From Squalus acanthias (Eukaryota): DNA of 64,000 nt. A program made the position numbers and the translations under genes. Every line of letters starts with the position of its first letter. The stretch's first letter is position 1. Location: NCBI GenBank assembly GCA_030390025.1, contig CM059431.1, positions 157,916,001 through 157,980,000 of the forward strand, given 5' to 3'. Shown here in pieces: positions 25,231 to 38,908 of this stretch. The notes beneath the pieces are model-generated. The model saw only the letters and a list, made by a program, of their open reading frames with translations, did no database searches and was not told the origin of the DNA.

Positions 25231-26610
25231 GCTATCCAAAATAGAATCATTAATAATCCTCAGGAATTTCCTAAGGGAAAGTCTTGCTTGACCAACCACG
25301 TTGATTTTTCTCAAGAGGTAGCAGAAAGAGTAGACAAGGGTAATGCAGTAGATGCAATTCAACTAGTTTTTAAGAAGGCCTTCGATAAGTTACCACATAA
25401 TAGAATAATGAATGCAGGTTCAGGGGACAAGTAGCAGAATTGATAGCTAGCTGGCTTCAAGAGAGAAAGTAGAGAGTAAGGTTAAACGGTAAATATTCAG
25501 AGTGGCAGAAGTTGGGAAGTGGTGTTCCACAAGGATCAATGCTGGGACAGCTGTTGTTCACAATTTAGATTAACGATCTAGAATTTGGAATCAAAAACAC
25601 AATTTCTAAATTTGCGGACGACACAAAATTTCGGAGTGGGGGTGGCTTGTGTTAGCCAATACTGAGGAGTACTGCATCAAATAACAAGAAGACGTTAATA
25701 CACTTGCAGATTAGGCATAAAATTGGCCAATGAATTTCAACATAGATAAATGTGAAGTATTAAATTTTGGTCCGAAGAATAGGGAGGTCACTTATTATTT
25801 GGATGGTGTGTGTCTGGGTGGGGTAGAGGAACATAGGGATCGCGGAGTACAAATACACAAATCACAAAAATTAGCGACACAGGTTTACAAGGCCATAAAA
25901 AAATGAAACCATGCACTAGGGTTTATTTCTAAAGGGTTAGAATTGAAAAGAAGTGAAGTTATGCTGAACTTGTATCGAACCTTGGTAAGACCACACTTGG
26001 AGTACTGCGTACAATTCTCGTTGCCATATTTTAAAGATGATATAGAGGCACTGGAGAGGGTACAGTGTAGATTGAAAAGGATGATACCAAAAATGCTAGG
26101 GTATACCTATCAGGAAAGGATGAACAGACTGGGTCTATTTTCTCTTGAAAAGAGCAGGCCTAATAGAGGTTTTTAAAATTATGAAAGGTTTTGAAAGAGT
26201 AGATACAGAGAGAATGTTTCCACGTGTGGGGAAAAACATAACTAGAGGCCATGAATATAAGTTATTCACCAACAAATCAAATAGAGAATTCAGAAGAACT
26301 TAATTACCCAGAGTGTGGTGAGAATGTGGAACACGCTACCACAGGGAGTGGTTGAAGTGAATAGTATAGATGCATTTAAGGGGAGGCTAGAAAAGCATAT
26401 GAGGGAAAAGGGAATAGAGGGTTATGCTGATCGATGCATTTAAGGTGCGGTTAGCTAAGCATATGATGGAGAAGAGAATAGAGGGCTATGCTATTAGAGT
26501 TAAATGAGGAAAGATGTTAGGAGGCTGGAGTCGATCATAAATGCTGGAATGGGCTGGTTGAGTCGAGTGGCCTTTTTCTGTGCTGTATATCCTATGTAAT
26601 CCTACATAAT
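25231..26610 (+). mobile_element. Second degenerate CR1 3' half, in tandem with the preceding copy
   Basis: KGKSCLTN..FKKAFDKLPH, RPHLEYCVQF; parallels ~23930-25230; tail atcctatgtaatccta. Confidence 0.85.
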
Positions 26611-26667
26611 ATGTTTCATGTTTCCTATATTTCCTGTTTCCTTTGTTTATTCTTTCCTATATTTACT

Positions 26668-27080
26668 GGGGCGGGGGGCTCGTTAGAAAAGAGAATGCTT
26701 AGGGGTGACCTGATAGAGGTCTTTATGATTATGAAGCACTTCGATACGGTCGACGTAGAGAAGATGTTTCCACTTGTGGGGGGAGACCAGAACTAGGGGC
26801 CATCAATATAAGACAGTCACTAATAAATCCTATAAGGAATTCAGGAGAAACTTATTTACCCAGTGAGTGGCGAGAATGTGGAACTCGCTGCCACAGGGAG
26901 TGGTTGAGGCGAATTGGAGAGATACATTTAAGGGGAAGCTAGATAAACACATGAGGGAGAAAGGAATAGAAGGATATGCTGACAGGCTGAGATGAAGAGG
27001 GTGGGGGAGGCTCGTGTGGAGCAGAAACACCGGCACAGAGCAGTTGGGCCGAAAGGCCTGTTTCTGTGCTGTAAATTGTG
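26668..27080 (+). mobile_element. CR1 3' fragment
   Basis: LEKRMLRGDLIEVFMIMK..., WNSLPQ. Confidence 0.85.
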
Positions 27081-27099
27081 TTTGTGTGTGTGTGTGTCT

Positions 27100-27705
27100 G
27101 TTCCCTATATTTATTTTTCCTATGTTTCTTCTTTCACATTTTAACGGTTTCCTATGTTTCCTCTTTTCTATGTTTTCTGATTCTAATATTTTTGGTTTCT
27201 TATGTTTCCTGTTTCTTATGCATCCTGTTACCTATGTTTCCCCTATTTCCAGTTTGCTATCTGTACTTTTTCCTATGTTTCGCATTTCCTATGTTTCCTG
27301 TTTCTTATTTTTTTGTTTCCTATGTTGACTGCTTCCTCTGTCTCCTGTTTCCTTTGTTTATTCTTTCCTATATTTCCTGTTTCCTATATTTCCTGTTTCC
27401 TATATTTACTGTTTCCTACGTTTCCTGTTTTCTATGTTTCCTCTTTCCTGTATTTTCGCTTTCTTATATATTATGTTTCCTTAGTTTCCTGTTACCTATA
27501 TTTCCAGTTTGCTATGTTTCATGTTTCCTATGTTTCCTCTGTCCTATTCTTCCGGTTTCCTATGTACAGTTTCCTATGTTTCCACTTTACCATGTTTATT
27601 GTTTCCCATATTTAATTTCCCCAATTTTCCTATGTTCGATAGTTCCTGTTTCCTATGTTTACTCTTTCCTATATTTATGGTTTCCTATATTTCCTATTCC
27701 CTAAA
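27100..27705 (+). repeat. Same T-rich satellite array
   Basis: tttcctatgtttcctg units (also a short piece at 26611-26667). Confidence 0.95.
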
Positions 27706-28410
27706 AATGTTTCATATTTTGCTTAGTTTGCTACTGTCACCGGGAGGTCGTTTCGAGAGTGCAGTTTGTCAAGGAGTGCAGCTCGGAAAGATGTGTAAAG
27801 CTGTGAGTTTGGTGAGTGAGGGAATGAATCTTCAAGATTAATCTCTTTTTTTATAAAATCTAGCCTTGTGTGCTTAAAGTAGCATTTAACTTAAATATAA
27901 ATTTAATGTTTCAAGTTTGAAGTTTCTTCCAGGCTTGGGCAGGGCTAAGCAAGCTCTGTGCTTGAGAGCAGGTGAGAGTAATTCATTAATTAAATGGTTT
28001 AATCTGGTTCTGTAACTGCCAGAGAGCTCACTTATTTAAATCTCAGCAGTATTATTAAGGGAGGCTAGAGTGCAGTTTGTCATGGAGTACAGTTCAGAAC
28101 AGAGTGTAAAGCTGTGAGCTTGGTGAGTGAGGGAGTTCGATGAGGGAGGTGTTCCTTTCTTTTTCTTTCCTTGTCAGCTTCCAGGAGAGCAGGAGTTAAA
28201 AAGCTGCACAAGAGGGGACAGAGAACCAGAAGGAGTTCTGCTCTGTGACACCTCCCAAACGACTTTGGAGAAAAATAAAAGGTGACATCACAAGAAAAAG
28301 GGTGATTGATTGCTTGTTGACTATTTTGCACACTTCCCTTAGCTTTATAGCACAGGAAATTTATTAGTAATTTTAAGGTTTCATTTATACTAGTTTACAA
28401 GCAGTAATAC

Positions 28411-30706
28411 ATGGTATGAGAGCGGAATTGATTAATGTGGACTGGGAAAATAGATTAAAGGGTAAGACGGTACATGAGCAGTGGTGTTCATTTAAGGAGT
28501 TATTTTACAACATTCAAAATAAATATATTCCACTGAGGAAAAAAGGGTGTAAAAGAAATGACAGCCATCCGTGGCTAAGTAAAGAAATTAAGTATAGTAT
28601 CCGACTAAAAACAAGGACATATAAGGTAGCCAAACTTAGTGGGAGGATAGAAGATTGGGATGACTTCAAAAGACAGCAAAAAGTAACCAAAGGATTGATT
28701 AAGAAAGGGAAGATAGATTATGAAAATAAATAAGCAAAAAATATAAAAACAGACAGCAAGAGTTTCTATAGTTACATAAAAAGAAAAAGGGTGGCTAAGG
28801 CAAAAGTAGGTCCCTTAGAGGATGAGACCGGGAAATTAATGGTGGGAAACATGGAGATGGCAAAAATGCTGAACAAATATTTTGTTTCAGTCTTTACGGT
28901 AGAGGACACTAAGAATATCCCAACACTGGACAAACAGGGGGCTCTAGGGGGGGAGGAGCTAAATACGATTAAAATCACTAAGGAATTGGTACTCAGTAAA
29001 ATAATGGGACTCAAGGCGGATAAATCCCCTGGACCTGATGGCTCACATCCTAGGGTCTTGAGGGAAGTGACAGTAGGGATTGTGGATGCTTTGGTAATAA
29101 TTTTCCAAAATTCCCTGGACTCAGCAAAGGTCCCGGCAGATTGGAAAACTGCTAATGTAACACCCTTATTTAAAAACGGTAGTAGGCAGAAGGCTGGAAA
29201 TTATAGACCAGTTAGCCTAACATCTGTGGTGGGTAAAACTTTGGAGTCTATTATTAAGGAGACAGTAACGGAACATTTAGATTAACATAATTTAATAGGA
29301 CAAAGTCAGCATGGCTTTATGAAGGGGAAGTCATGTCTGACAAATTTGCTTGAGTTATTTGAGGACATAACGAACAGGGTGGATAAAGGGGAACCAGTGG
29401 ATGTAGTGTATTTAGACTTCCAGAAGGCATTCGACAAGGTGCCACATAAAAGATTATTACTCAATATTAAACAATCACTGGATTGGGGGTAATATTCAGG
29501 CATGGGTGGAGGATTGGTTATCTAACAGGAAGCAGAGAGTTGGGATAAATGGTTCACTCTCGGACTGGCAACCAGTAGATAGTGGTGTTCCGCAGGGGTC
29601 GGTGCTGGGTTCCCAACTCTTTACAATCTATATTAACGATTTGGAGGAGGGGACCGAGTGTAACATATCAAAGTTTGCAGATGATACAAAGATGGGAGGG
29701 AAAGTAGAAAGTGAGGAGGACATAAAAAACCTACAGGGGGATATTGACAGGCTGGATGAGTGGGCGGAGATTTGGCAGATGCAATGTAATATTGGAAAAT
29801 GTGAGGTTATGCACTTTGGCAGGAAAAATCATAGAGCAAGTTATTATCTTAATGGCGAGAAACTGGAAAGTACTGCAGTACAAAGGGTCCAAGTGCAAGA
29901 AAATCAAAAAGTTAGTATGCAGGTGCAGCAGGTGATCAAGAAGGCCAACGGAATGTTGGCTTTTTTTTCTACGTGGATAGATTATAAAAAACAGGGAGGT
30001 ATTGCTGCAGTTACATAAGTTATTGGTGAGACCGCACCTGGAATACTGCATGCAGTTTTGGTGTCCATACTTAAGAAAATACATACTTGTTCTCGCGGCA
30101 GTACAAAGAAGGTTCACTCGGTTAATCCCGGGTATGAGGGGGTGGCCATATGAGGAGAAGTTGTGTAGATTGGGACTGTACTCATTGGAGTTCAGAAGAA
30201 TGAGAGGCGATCTTATTGAAACATATAAGATTGTGAAGGGGCTTGATCGGGTGGATGCGGTAAGGATGTTCCCAAGGATGGGTGAAACTAGAACTAGGGG
30301 GCATAATCTTAGAATAAGGGGCTGCTCTTACAAAACTGAGATGAGGAGAAACTTCTTCACCCAGAGGGTAGTTGGTCTGTGGAATTTGCTGCCCCAGGAA
30401 GCTGTGGAAGCTACATCATTAAATAAATTTAAAACAGAAATAGCTAGTTTCCTAGAGGTAAAAGGAATTAGGGGTTACGGTGAGTGGGCAGGAAATTTGA
30501 CATGAGGCTGAGTTCGGATCGGTCAGGGCCCTGTGGGTGGCAGAGCGGGCCCAGGGGCTGAGTGGCCGGGTCCTGCTCCTACTTCTTGTGTTCTTTAGAT
30601 TTGAGGTTAGGATCAGATCAGCCATGATCTTATTGAATGTCGGAGCAGGCTCGCGGGGCCGATTGGCCTACTCCTGCTCCTATTTCTTATGTTCTTATGT
30701 TCTTAT
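28411..30706 (+). mobile_element. CR1-C: 5'-truncated CR1 with duplicated 3' UTR
   Basis: RT motifs in ORFs 28791, 29506 and 30002; tail (ttcttatg)n. Confidence 0.9.
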
Positions 30707-32824
30707 ATCATATTAGGTATAGTAGGCTTTATAACTATTTAAGACTCAAGAAAGATGGCAGGGCAGGTGATGTGTTGCGACTGCATTATGTGGGAGCACC
30801 TGGACGTCAGTGTGATCTAGGACAAACATGTCCGCGGTAAGTGTCTGCGGCTTGAGGAGCTTCGGCTCAGTGTTGATGAGCTGGAGGCTGAGTTGCGGAC
30901 ACTGCGATTCATCAGGGAGGGAGAAAGTTACTTGGACACTTTATTCCAGGAGGCAGTCACATCCTAAGGATAGGGTCCTCTGATTTGGTCAGTGGTTAGG
31001 GGCAGGTGGATGTGACTGCGAGTGAGGCAGGTACGGGGACCCAGAGGTGGAGGAGCCTCAGAATTTTCAATTGTGCAATAGGTTTGACGTTCTTGCGTCC
31101 TGTATGAATGAAAGCGGTGGCTGCAGGGTGCCAGGGTTCGGGACATCTGCTCTGGGCTGGAGAGGAACTTGCAGTGGGAGGGTGAGGAGCCAGGGGTCTT
31201 GGTCCATGTAGGTACAAACGACATAGGTAGAACTAGGAAAGAAATTCTGCTAAGACAGTATGAGCAGCTAGTGGCTAAATTAAAAAGCAGAACCTCAAGT
31301 GTTATAATGTCTGCATTATTACCTGAGCCACGAGCAAATTGGCATAGGGTAAATAGAATTAGAGCGATGAATGCGTGGCTCAAAGTCTGGTGTGGGAGAA
31401 ATGGGTTTCAATTCCTGGGGCACTGGCACCAGTACTGGGTAAAGTGGGATCTGTATCGTTGGGACGGTCTTCACTTGAACCGTGCTGGGACCAGTGTTCT
31501 GGCGAGTCGTATAACTAGGGCGGTAGAGAGGGCGTTAAACTAAATACTGGGGGGATGGGATCAAATTTGGGAAGATGTGGTAATTGCGAGTCAGCAGAGA
31601 GTGTTGTGAGTTTGGGTAAGTGTGAGAGTTCTTCAATTGTTAGTTCTCTTTAAAACATTCTTGATAAGAGTACTTAAGCAGTTTAAGTGAAGGGGAAAAG
31701 TTAAATATTTGGGATTCTGTTGGTTTAAGAAGAGTAAAACAAGGTTACACTGCAGTAGGAGTAAATTGGCACAGCAGGCAGTGGAAACCAGTTTGACTGA
31801 GTGCAAGTCAGCAGAGGCTGCTGTGAGTGTGGCTGCCTCATCAGCCAGCAGAAGGGGAGTGAGGAGAGCCGCAACAGCAGAGTGGTGGTCTCATTGACCA
31901 GGGAGAGGAGGAGGAACCAGACTGCAGACCACCACCAACAAAAGCACTACAACTGAGGTGCCTGGAGAGAGAGGACAGGAGAGGAGAAGGAGAAAGAAAG
32001 GAAGGCCAAGACCAACACCAGAGGAGGAGAGGCCTTTCCACACTGCCTCCCCAATTGGCCTCCATTTCAGGAGAGGGAGAGAGGGGAGAAAACAGCACCA
32101 GCAACCATCATCTGCTTGGAAGGAGGGAGGAAGAAAACATCTATATCTACATGTGGGTGTTATTTTGGTGCACTCTCCCAGAGACTTTAATTTGCAGGTG
32201 GGGGGAGGAAAGAAGAAAAGAAGAGGGCCGGAATATCCAAGGTGTGTGTGTGTGTGTGTGGCTTTTGAAAGAACTAGGCCGCACACACCACTAATTAAAC
32301 ACCCCTTCCCATTGCCTGACCTGGGACAGCTGGAGCTGCCGAAGTGAAGTCCCCAATTCATTTTCATCTGATTGGGCATCGTTAAGACCTGGTGCAGGAC
32401 TGAGCCTGGGCATCTCCAGCTTTCCCAGGTGAAGACATCTTCTCCCCCCACCAGAAGACCACCAAAAAAAATACTTTAATTTACATCGGAGAGTGCACCC
32501 CCTGCCAACACCCACCCACCCACCATCCTGAGTGGCGACCCTGCCCTTGCGGCTTCCCTCCTTCCCACCACCTCTCTCTCTCTCTTTGTCTCTTGTCTCT
32601 CTCTGCCTCTCTCTCTAAGAGGCACCTCAATTTACTTTTATTAATTGCCCATTGAGCAGAGGGGAGAAGGCCCCTCTCCTAATTAATTCAAATAAAGGGA
32701 GAGGTGTGCCTTCAAATTAACAGCTCCCTCTGCTCAGGGGTAAAAAAAAAAACAACTACCGAGGCCATTAACACCGTCAGGCCTGTGACTTGGGGTGAGT
32801 GTAGCCCTTAAAGACCCACCCATT

Positions 32825-34989
32825 ATGGCGACCACATCTTCGTCGGTGGCGGGGGCAGCGAGGACGTATGCGAGCGTGGCAGCCGGGGCCACGGCCGCAG
32901 CCACGAATCCTCCTGTTAGCCCTTCACCTTTTACCCCCCTTACGAGGAAGAATGGGGTCAAGAGCTACACTCACCCCAACATGAGTATAGAGGCGTGTGT
33001 AAAAGCCATGGCTGGGGATGTCGGCCCTTCAGTCATCGTTGCCGCCTCTGAGATGTACGGCAAGGCTGTGTTCTTCCTGGGGTCGGAGCGGGCGAGTCCC
33101 TGGCCATTGACAAGGGGCTCACCGTGGGTGGGACCTTCCTGCCGGTGGACCCCCTTGAGGCCACCGCACAGAGGATTGTTATCTCCAACGTCCCGCCCTT
33201 TGTTCCGGGTGAGCTCCTCCTCCCCCACCTACGTCAACTGGGGGAGGTGAGGTCGGGGATCACACCCATCCCGCTCGGCTTCCGGGAAGCCAGCCTCCGG
33301 CATGTCTTCTCCTTCCGGCACCAGCTTTTCGTCCGGCTGGCGCGGGAGGAGGACACGGACGGCGCATTCACGGTGCTCCACGGGGGGACCGCCCATCGCG
33401 TCTTCTGGACCTCGGACGGCGTGCGGTGCTACGCCTGTAAGGAGATGGGGCACGCCCGGAAAAACTGCCCCGCCTCCAAGGCCGCCACAACATCCAGTGC
33501 GGCCAGGGCTGGCGCCGCCGCGCCCCCTCCCCATGATACTGTCCGCGCGTCAAGGACGACAGATGTGCAGTCGACGTCGGGGGCCAAAACCATCACGGCC
33601 TCCGGCGGGGGGGAGGGAGAGCGTCCGAGTGGAAGGAAGGCGTTGAAAAAGACAAAACTCCTCAGGGTGGGTCCCCTCGTGGAAGACACCACCGAACTAC
33701 CAGAACTCACGCCCCCGCTCCTCGCGGAGTTGAAGGGGACGCGCAAGGCTGGGGAGGGCCTCATGCCCGGGCCCGTGACCGCAACTGCCGAGGCAGATAA
33801 ATCAAGACCTGCGGCCGGGCTCGGGCCCGAGGGGCCCAAGAAACCCAGTCATCGGGAGGGGGCGGAGAGGGAGGCCCCAGCAAGACATGGAGGCATCCCC
33901 CTCTCCGGGCCCCAACACGTTAAAAAGGAGGCACGACCCCCAGGAGGAGCACAGTGAGGAGGAAGGTCCCTCCGCACAAGGGGAGTCGTCGCCCGCCGCG
34001 GGTGCTGCGCCCCACCCCACCACCGCCACCATCGCGATCGATCGGCAGGGGTCGCCTGTCCCTCGGGAGGGTGAGACAGCTGAGTCTGTCGGACCCGTGC
34101 CTCCCGGGGATGGGGAGGAGACCCTGCCCATGGGGGGGGGTCGCGGAACAACCCGCGGAACTAAATAGTAATAAAGAAGTGCCAGAACCGTTGCTCCTCG
34201 CCGGGTCGGGCGTCCTGGGGACTGGGGCGGGTGAGGACAAAGAGGCCGAAACTGAGCCCGCCCGTTACGACACAGACATCTCCCAGGGACTGCTCGACCT
34301 GGTGGAGGAGTGTAATAATCCCCAGCCCGCTGGGTCGGAGGCTGGTGGCGGGGAGACAGAAAGCCCCCATACTCAGTCTCTGACGTTGGCGCCGGACGTG
34401 CTGGAGGAACTGGGAATTGTTTTCTCCCCGATTTCTCCGGTCTCTCCGGCGCCTGAGGTGGAGGGGTGCCCTGAACCGCCGCCGCCTCCCGGCTCGGCGC
34501 CCCTGAAGGAGCCCAGGGAGGACTCCTCTGCCACCGATCCTGGGGGTGGATCGTGATAGAGGCGGGGCCGGCCGGTGCGGCCGAGCCGTTTGCTGCACCC
34601 CGTGTGACGGACGGGTCGGCCGCCGGTGACGACCTCCCAGAGGAGGACGGGACTCGGTGTTGGGCACTGAGGATGATGTGGAGTCCATCGGCAGTGAGAC
34701 GATGGACGCCCTCGTGCCCTTCACCGACTCTCCCCTCATCCCCGTAGGGAAACTCCGCTAGTTTATAGCCACGTGCCGGGGTCGTCATAATAAGATCCGG
34801 CTGGCCCTCGACAAGTGGTCGGAGCTGGCGCTGCTCGTCAGGTCCTTCCACGCCGCCGTTAAAATCATGGGCGTGGAGAAGGAAGTAAACCGGCCCGAGC
34901 TGCGTCGGCTCATGATGTTGCACACTGGGCTGCTGAGGGAGTGGCGGTCGTCAGTGACCGCGCTCCCTCCCCCCACCCCCGTTAGGTAG
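32825..34989 (+). pseudogene. Tx1 ORF1 (gag-like, zinc knuckle), disrupted
   Basis: RIVISNVPPFVP, CYACKEMGHARKNC; frameshifts across ORFs 32795, 33124 and 33887. Confidence 0.8.
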
Positions 34990-35010
34990 AGGTTGCACTA
35001 TGCTTCTGAG

Positions 35011-38000
35011 ATGAAGATAACCATAGCCAGCCTCAACATCAATGGCAGCAGGGAGGCGCGCCGTAGATTCAATAACTTCTCGGTCCTTTGGGAGGGAAAT
35101 ATGCGGTGTGCTTCCTGCAAGAAACCCACACCGTTCCGGGAGACGAGGCCACGTGGCTCCTGGAGTGGCAAGGAGGGGTCAGCATGAGTCACCTCTCCAA
35201 CAATTCCTGCGGGGTGGCCGTCTTGCTGGCCCCACATTTTCAGCCGGAGGTCTTGAGGGTCAAGGAGCACGTGCCGGGCCGCTTGCTCCAGGTCACTGTT
35301 CGCCTGGGAGGCGTGCCGCTCCATTTAGTGAACGTGTACGCCCCCCAGAACGGTGCACAGCAAGTGCGCTTCTTTGGAGAAGTGTCCGCTCTTCTGGGCT
35401 CCATCGACGTGGGCGAGTGCGTCATCTTCGGGGGAGATTTCAATTGTACCCTCGAGGCGCGGGTCCGGTCGGGTCCCCCGCAAAGCCCGGCGGCGATGGA
35501 GAAGTTGCAGGACCTGGTCGGGTCCTTCGACTTGGTGGACGTCTGGCGAAATCTCCTTCCCGACTCCAGCGCCTTCACGAGTGTGAGGTCTGGAGGAGGA
35601 AGGTCCAGAATCGACCGCCTTTACATTTCCCGGGCGTACGTCTCCTCTGTTCCGGCAGCTTCCATGCGGCCGCTGCCGTGCGCGGAACACCACCTGGTGT
35701 GGGCGGAGCTCGATCCGCTGCGCGCGCGGGGTGAGTCCGCGTACTGGAATTTTAACAATCTGCCGCTGGAGGACGCGCGGTTCCAGGATTCGTTCGCTGG
35801 TTCTGGGCCGACTGGAGAAGGAAGCGGGGAGGCTTCCCCTCCTTGAGGCTATGGTGTGACGTGGGCAAGGCTCACGTCCGCGTCTTCTGTCAGGAGTACG
35901 CGAAGGGGTCGACCAAGAGGCGGGAGGCCCGGGTCGGGCGATTGGAGAAAGAAGTGCTCGACCTGGAGTCCCGTCTCGGTCAAGTCGTCGAAGACCCGGC
36001 CCTGCGGAAGGTGTACGAAGAGAAGAACGGCGCGCTGAAGGACCTGCAGCTGGTCGGGTCCCGAGGTGCGTATGTGAGGTCACGGATCCAGTTCCTGCGG
36101 GACCTGGACCGTGTCTCCCCCTTCTTCTACACGCTGGAAAAAAGACGGGGGGTCCGTAAGCAGCTCTTGGGGCTGCTGGCCGACGACGGATCTCTGGTCT
36201 CGGATCTGGAGAGCATCAGCGCGGAGGCCCGGGCCTATTACGGGGCTCTGTTCTCTTCGGACCCGTCCAGCGAGGATGCACACAGAGTTTTGTGGGAGGA
36301 ACTGCCGAAGGTCGACCCGGAGTGCGCCGAGAATTTAGAAGCTCCGCTAAGCCTGGCGGAGCTGACCGGCGCTCTGCGCCAGCTCTCGAGGGGCAAGTCC
36401 CCGGGGCTGGATGGGCTGACCAGGAGTTCCACAGGGCGTTCTGGGACGTCTTGGGGTACGACAATGCGCGGGTAATGGGGGAACGTCTGGCGACCGGGGA
36501 GATGCACCTCTCTTGGCGCAGGGCGGTCATCGTCCTGCTGCCCAAGAAGGGCGATCTGTGCCTTCTTAAAAACTGGTGCCCGGTCTCCCTCCTCAGCACG
36601 GACTACAAAATTTTCACCAGAGCTATGTCTGCTCGCCTTGGCACCATACTGGCCCACATGATCCACCCCGACCAGTCCTACATGGTCCCGGGCCGGTCAA
36701 TCCACGACAACATCCACCTGGTCCGGGACATGGTCCACCATTCCCAGACGGCTGGTCTGTCGGTCGCCTTCCGTTCCCTGGATCAGGAGAAGGCGTTCGA
36801 CAGGGTGGATCACGAGTATCTTTTCGGGACTCTATGCGCATTCGGATTCGGGACGCATTTCGTCGCCCGGATCCGACTTCTGTACGCCGCCGCGGAGTGT
36901 CTGATTAATGTTAACGGGTCTTTGACGGCGCGACTTCACTTCGGGAGGGGGGTGCGTCGGGAATGCCCCATGTCCGGTCAGTTATACGCCATTTGCATGC
37001 AGCCTTTCCTGCGCCTCTTGCATAAGAGGTTGACGGGACTGGCTCTGCAAGGGCCGGGCATGTAGGTGGTCCTCTCGGCTTACGCCGATGACGTGCTCCT
37101 CGCATTCACGGATCCCGTCGACTTGCGGAGGATGCGAGAATGCCAGCAGATTTACTCGGACGCATCCTCCGCTAAGATCAACTGGGAGAAGTGCTCTGAA
37201 CTCCTGGTGCGCCCATGGCAGTTCGACTCCCTGCCGGAGGAGTTCAGGCCCTTCGCCTGGAGCACAACGCACCTCCTCTACCTGGGAGTCTACCTCAGCC
37301 CGGCCGAGGACGCCTGGCCGGCGAACTGGCAAGAGCTGGAGGCCAAAGTCACCGTTCGCCTAGGGCACTGGACAGGATTGCTCCGACTGTTGTCCTACAG
37401 GGGTCGGGCGCTGGTCATAAATCAGCTGGTGACCGCCATGTTGTGGTACCGGTTGGTCACTTTGATCCCTCCCCCTGCGTTTGTCGCCAAGATGCAGAAG
37501 AAGCTCGTCGACTTCTTCTGGGACAAAAGGAAGCACTGGGTCTCTGCCGCGGTTCTGAGTCTCCCGCTTAGGGAGGGCGGTCAGGCGCTGGTGTGCCTTC
37601 GCACCCAGGTGGCGACTTTCCATCTTCAGATGCTGCAGAGATGCCTGTACGTGGAGAATCCTCCTAGGTGGCATGCGCTGGCGACGTATTTCTTCCACCA
37701 GCTGCACGGCCTCAATTACGACACGCAGCTCCTGTTCGTGAGAGTGGGCGGCACGCGTGCCAGCCTGCAGGAGCTGCCTGTCTTCTACCAGGAACTGCTA
37801 TGGGTTTGGAACAGCGTCGCCTCCAGGTGCAGTTCTCCCCCGTCAGGAGCGGCGGCAGTCTTCGGGAGCCGCTGCTCAGGAATCCGCACCTCCACGACCG
37901 CGGGTTCGGCCGGCTGGCGGAGGGCAGGGCTGTGCCCGGTAAGGTGACTAGAGTCGGGGACCTGCTCGATGGAGGAGGAGCGGGCTGGATGGTGCCGGAG

Positions 38001-38908
38001 GAGTTGGCGAGGCGCATGTCTTGGATCAACGTCCGGCTCGTGGTCAAAGCCATCGAGTCGCTAAAAGTGGCACTGGGCCCCGACTCCACTAGGTGTATCG
38101 AGGAGGCTCGGGCATGTGGTGCGATCCCGTCCGAGCTGACCCCCGTTCGGACGGAATTACTTATCGGCGCCCGGCCCCGAATCCTCCCTCGGGAGCCGCC
38201 GCCTCACCACTTGAGCCTTCTCGGAGAAATGCCCCCTGTGCCCTTTCAACCCGCACGGAGGTGTTTCCTGTACGGGCTGCTCCTGCACGCTCTCCACTTT
38301 GCCATCTTCGTCTGCCGTCTGGACACGCCTTGGCGTACCAGCTTGCCATCCAGCGGAGGCGAAGGTCCCCAATGGAGGGCTCTCTGTCCGCGGGAGTCTT
38401 CCCTTGTTCTATTGGGGACTTGGCCTGGAGGGTGTTGCACGGAGCAGTCCCATGAAATAGATTGTTAAGTAGGTTTACGGACTCCCAGGCCGCTTGCCAT
38501 TTCTGTGGCCTGGAGGAGTTCGTGTTTCACATATATGTTGAGTGCGAGAGGTTGCAGCCCCTCTTTCATTACCTGAAGGGGCTGCTCCTCAATTTCTGGT
38601 TGCACTTCAGCCCCACGCTCCTGATCTACGGTCACCCGGTGCGGAGGGGAGCGGGCAGGTCGGAGGACCTCCTCGTGGGACTGCTGCTGGGCCTGGCTAA
38701 TAAAGCCATTAATTGGTCCAGGCAGCGGGCGGTCGAGGGGGTCGTTCGGCCCGATTGCCTGCCTCTCTTCCGCGGCCATGTTCACGCCCGGGTGGCCCTG
38801 GAGATGGAGCACGCGGTGTCTGCCGGCACGCTTGAGTTTTTCCGCGACCGGTTGGCGCCGCGGGGACTGGAGTGCATCGTCACCCCGGACTACCAAATTT
38901 TAATTTAA
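35011..38908 (+). pseudogene. Tx1 ORF2 (APE-RT-CCHC), disrupted
   Basis: Consecutive ORFs 35088, 35843, 36292, 37066, 37668 and 38462 carry colinear L1/Tx1 motifs. Confidence 0.9.

Noticed and set aside
33229..38896. Numerous antisense and alternate-frame ORFs
   Set aside because: Shadow ORFs of the GC-rich Tx1 element; no recognisable motifs
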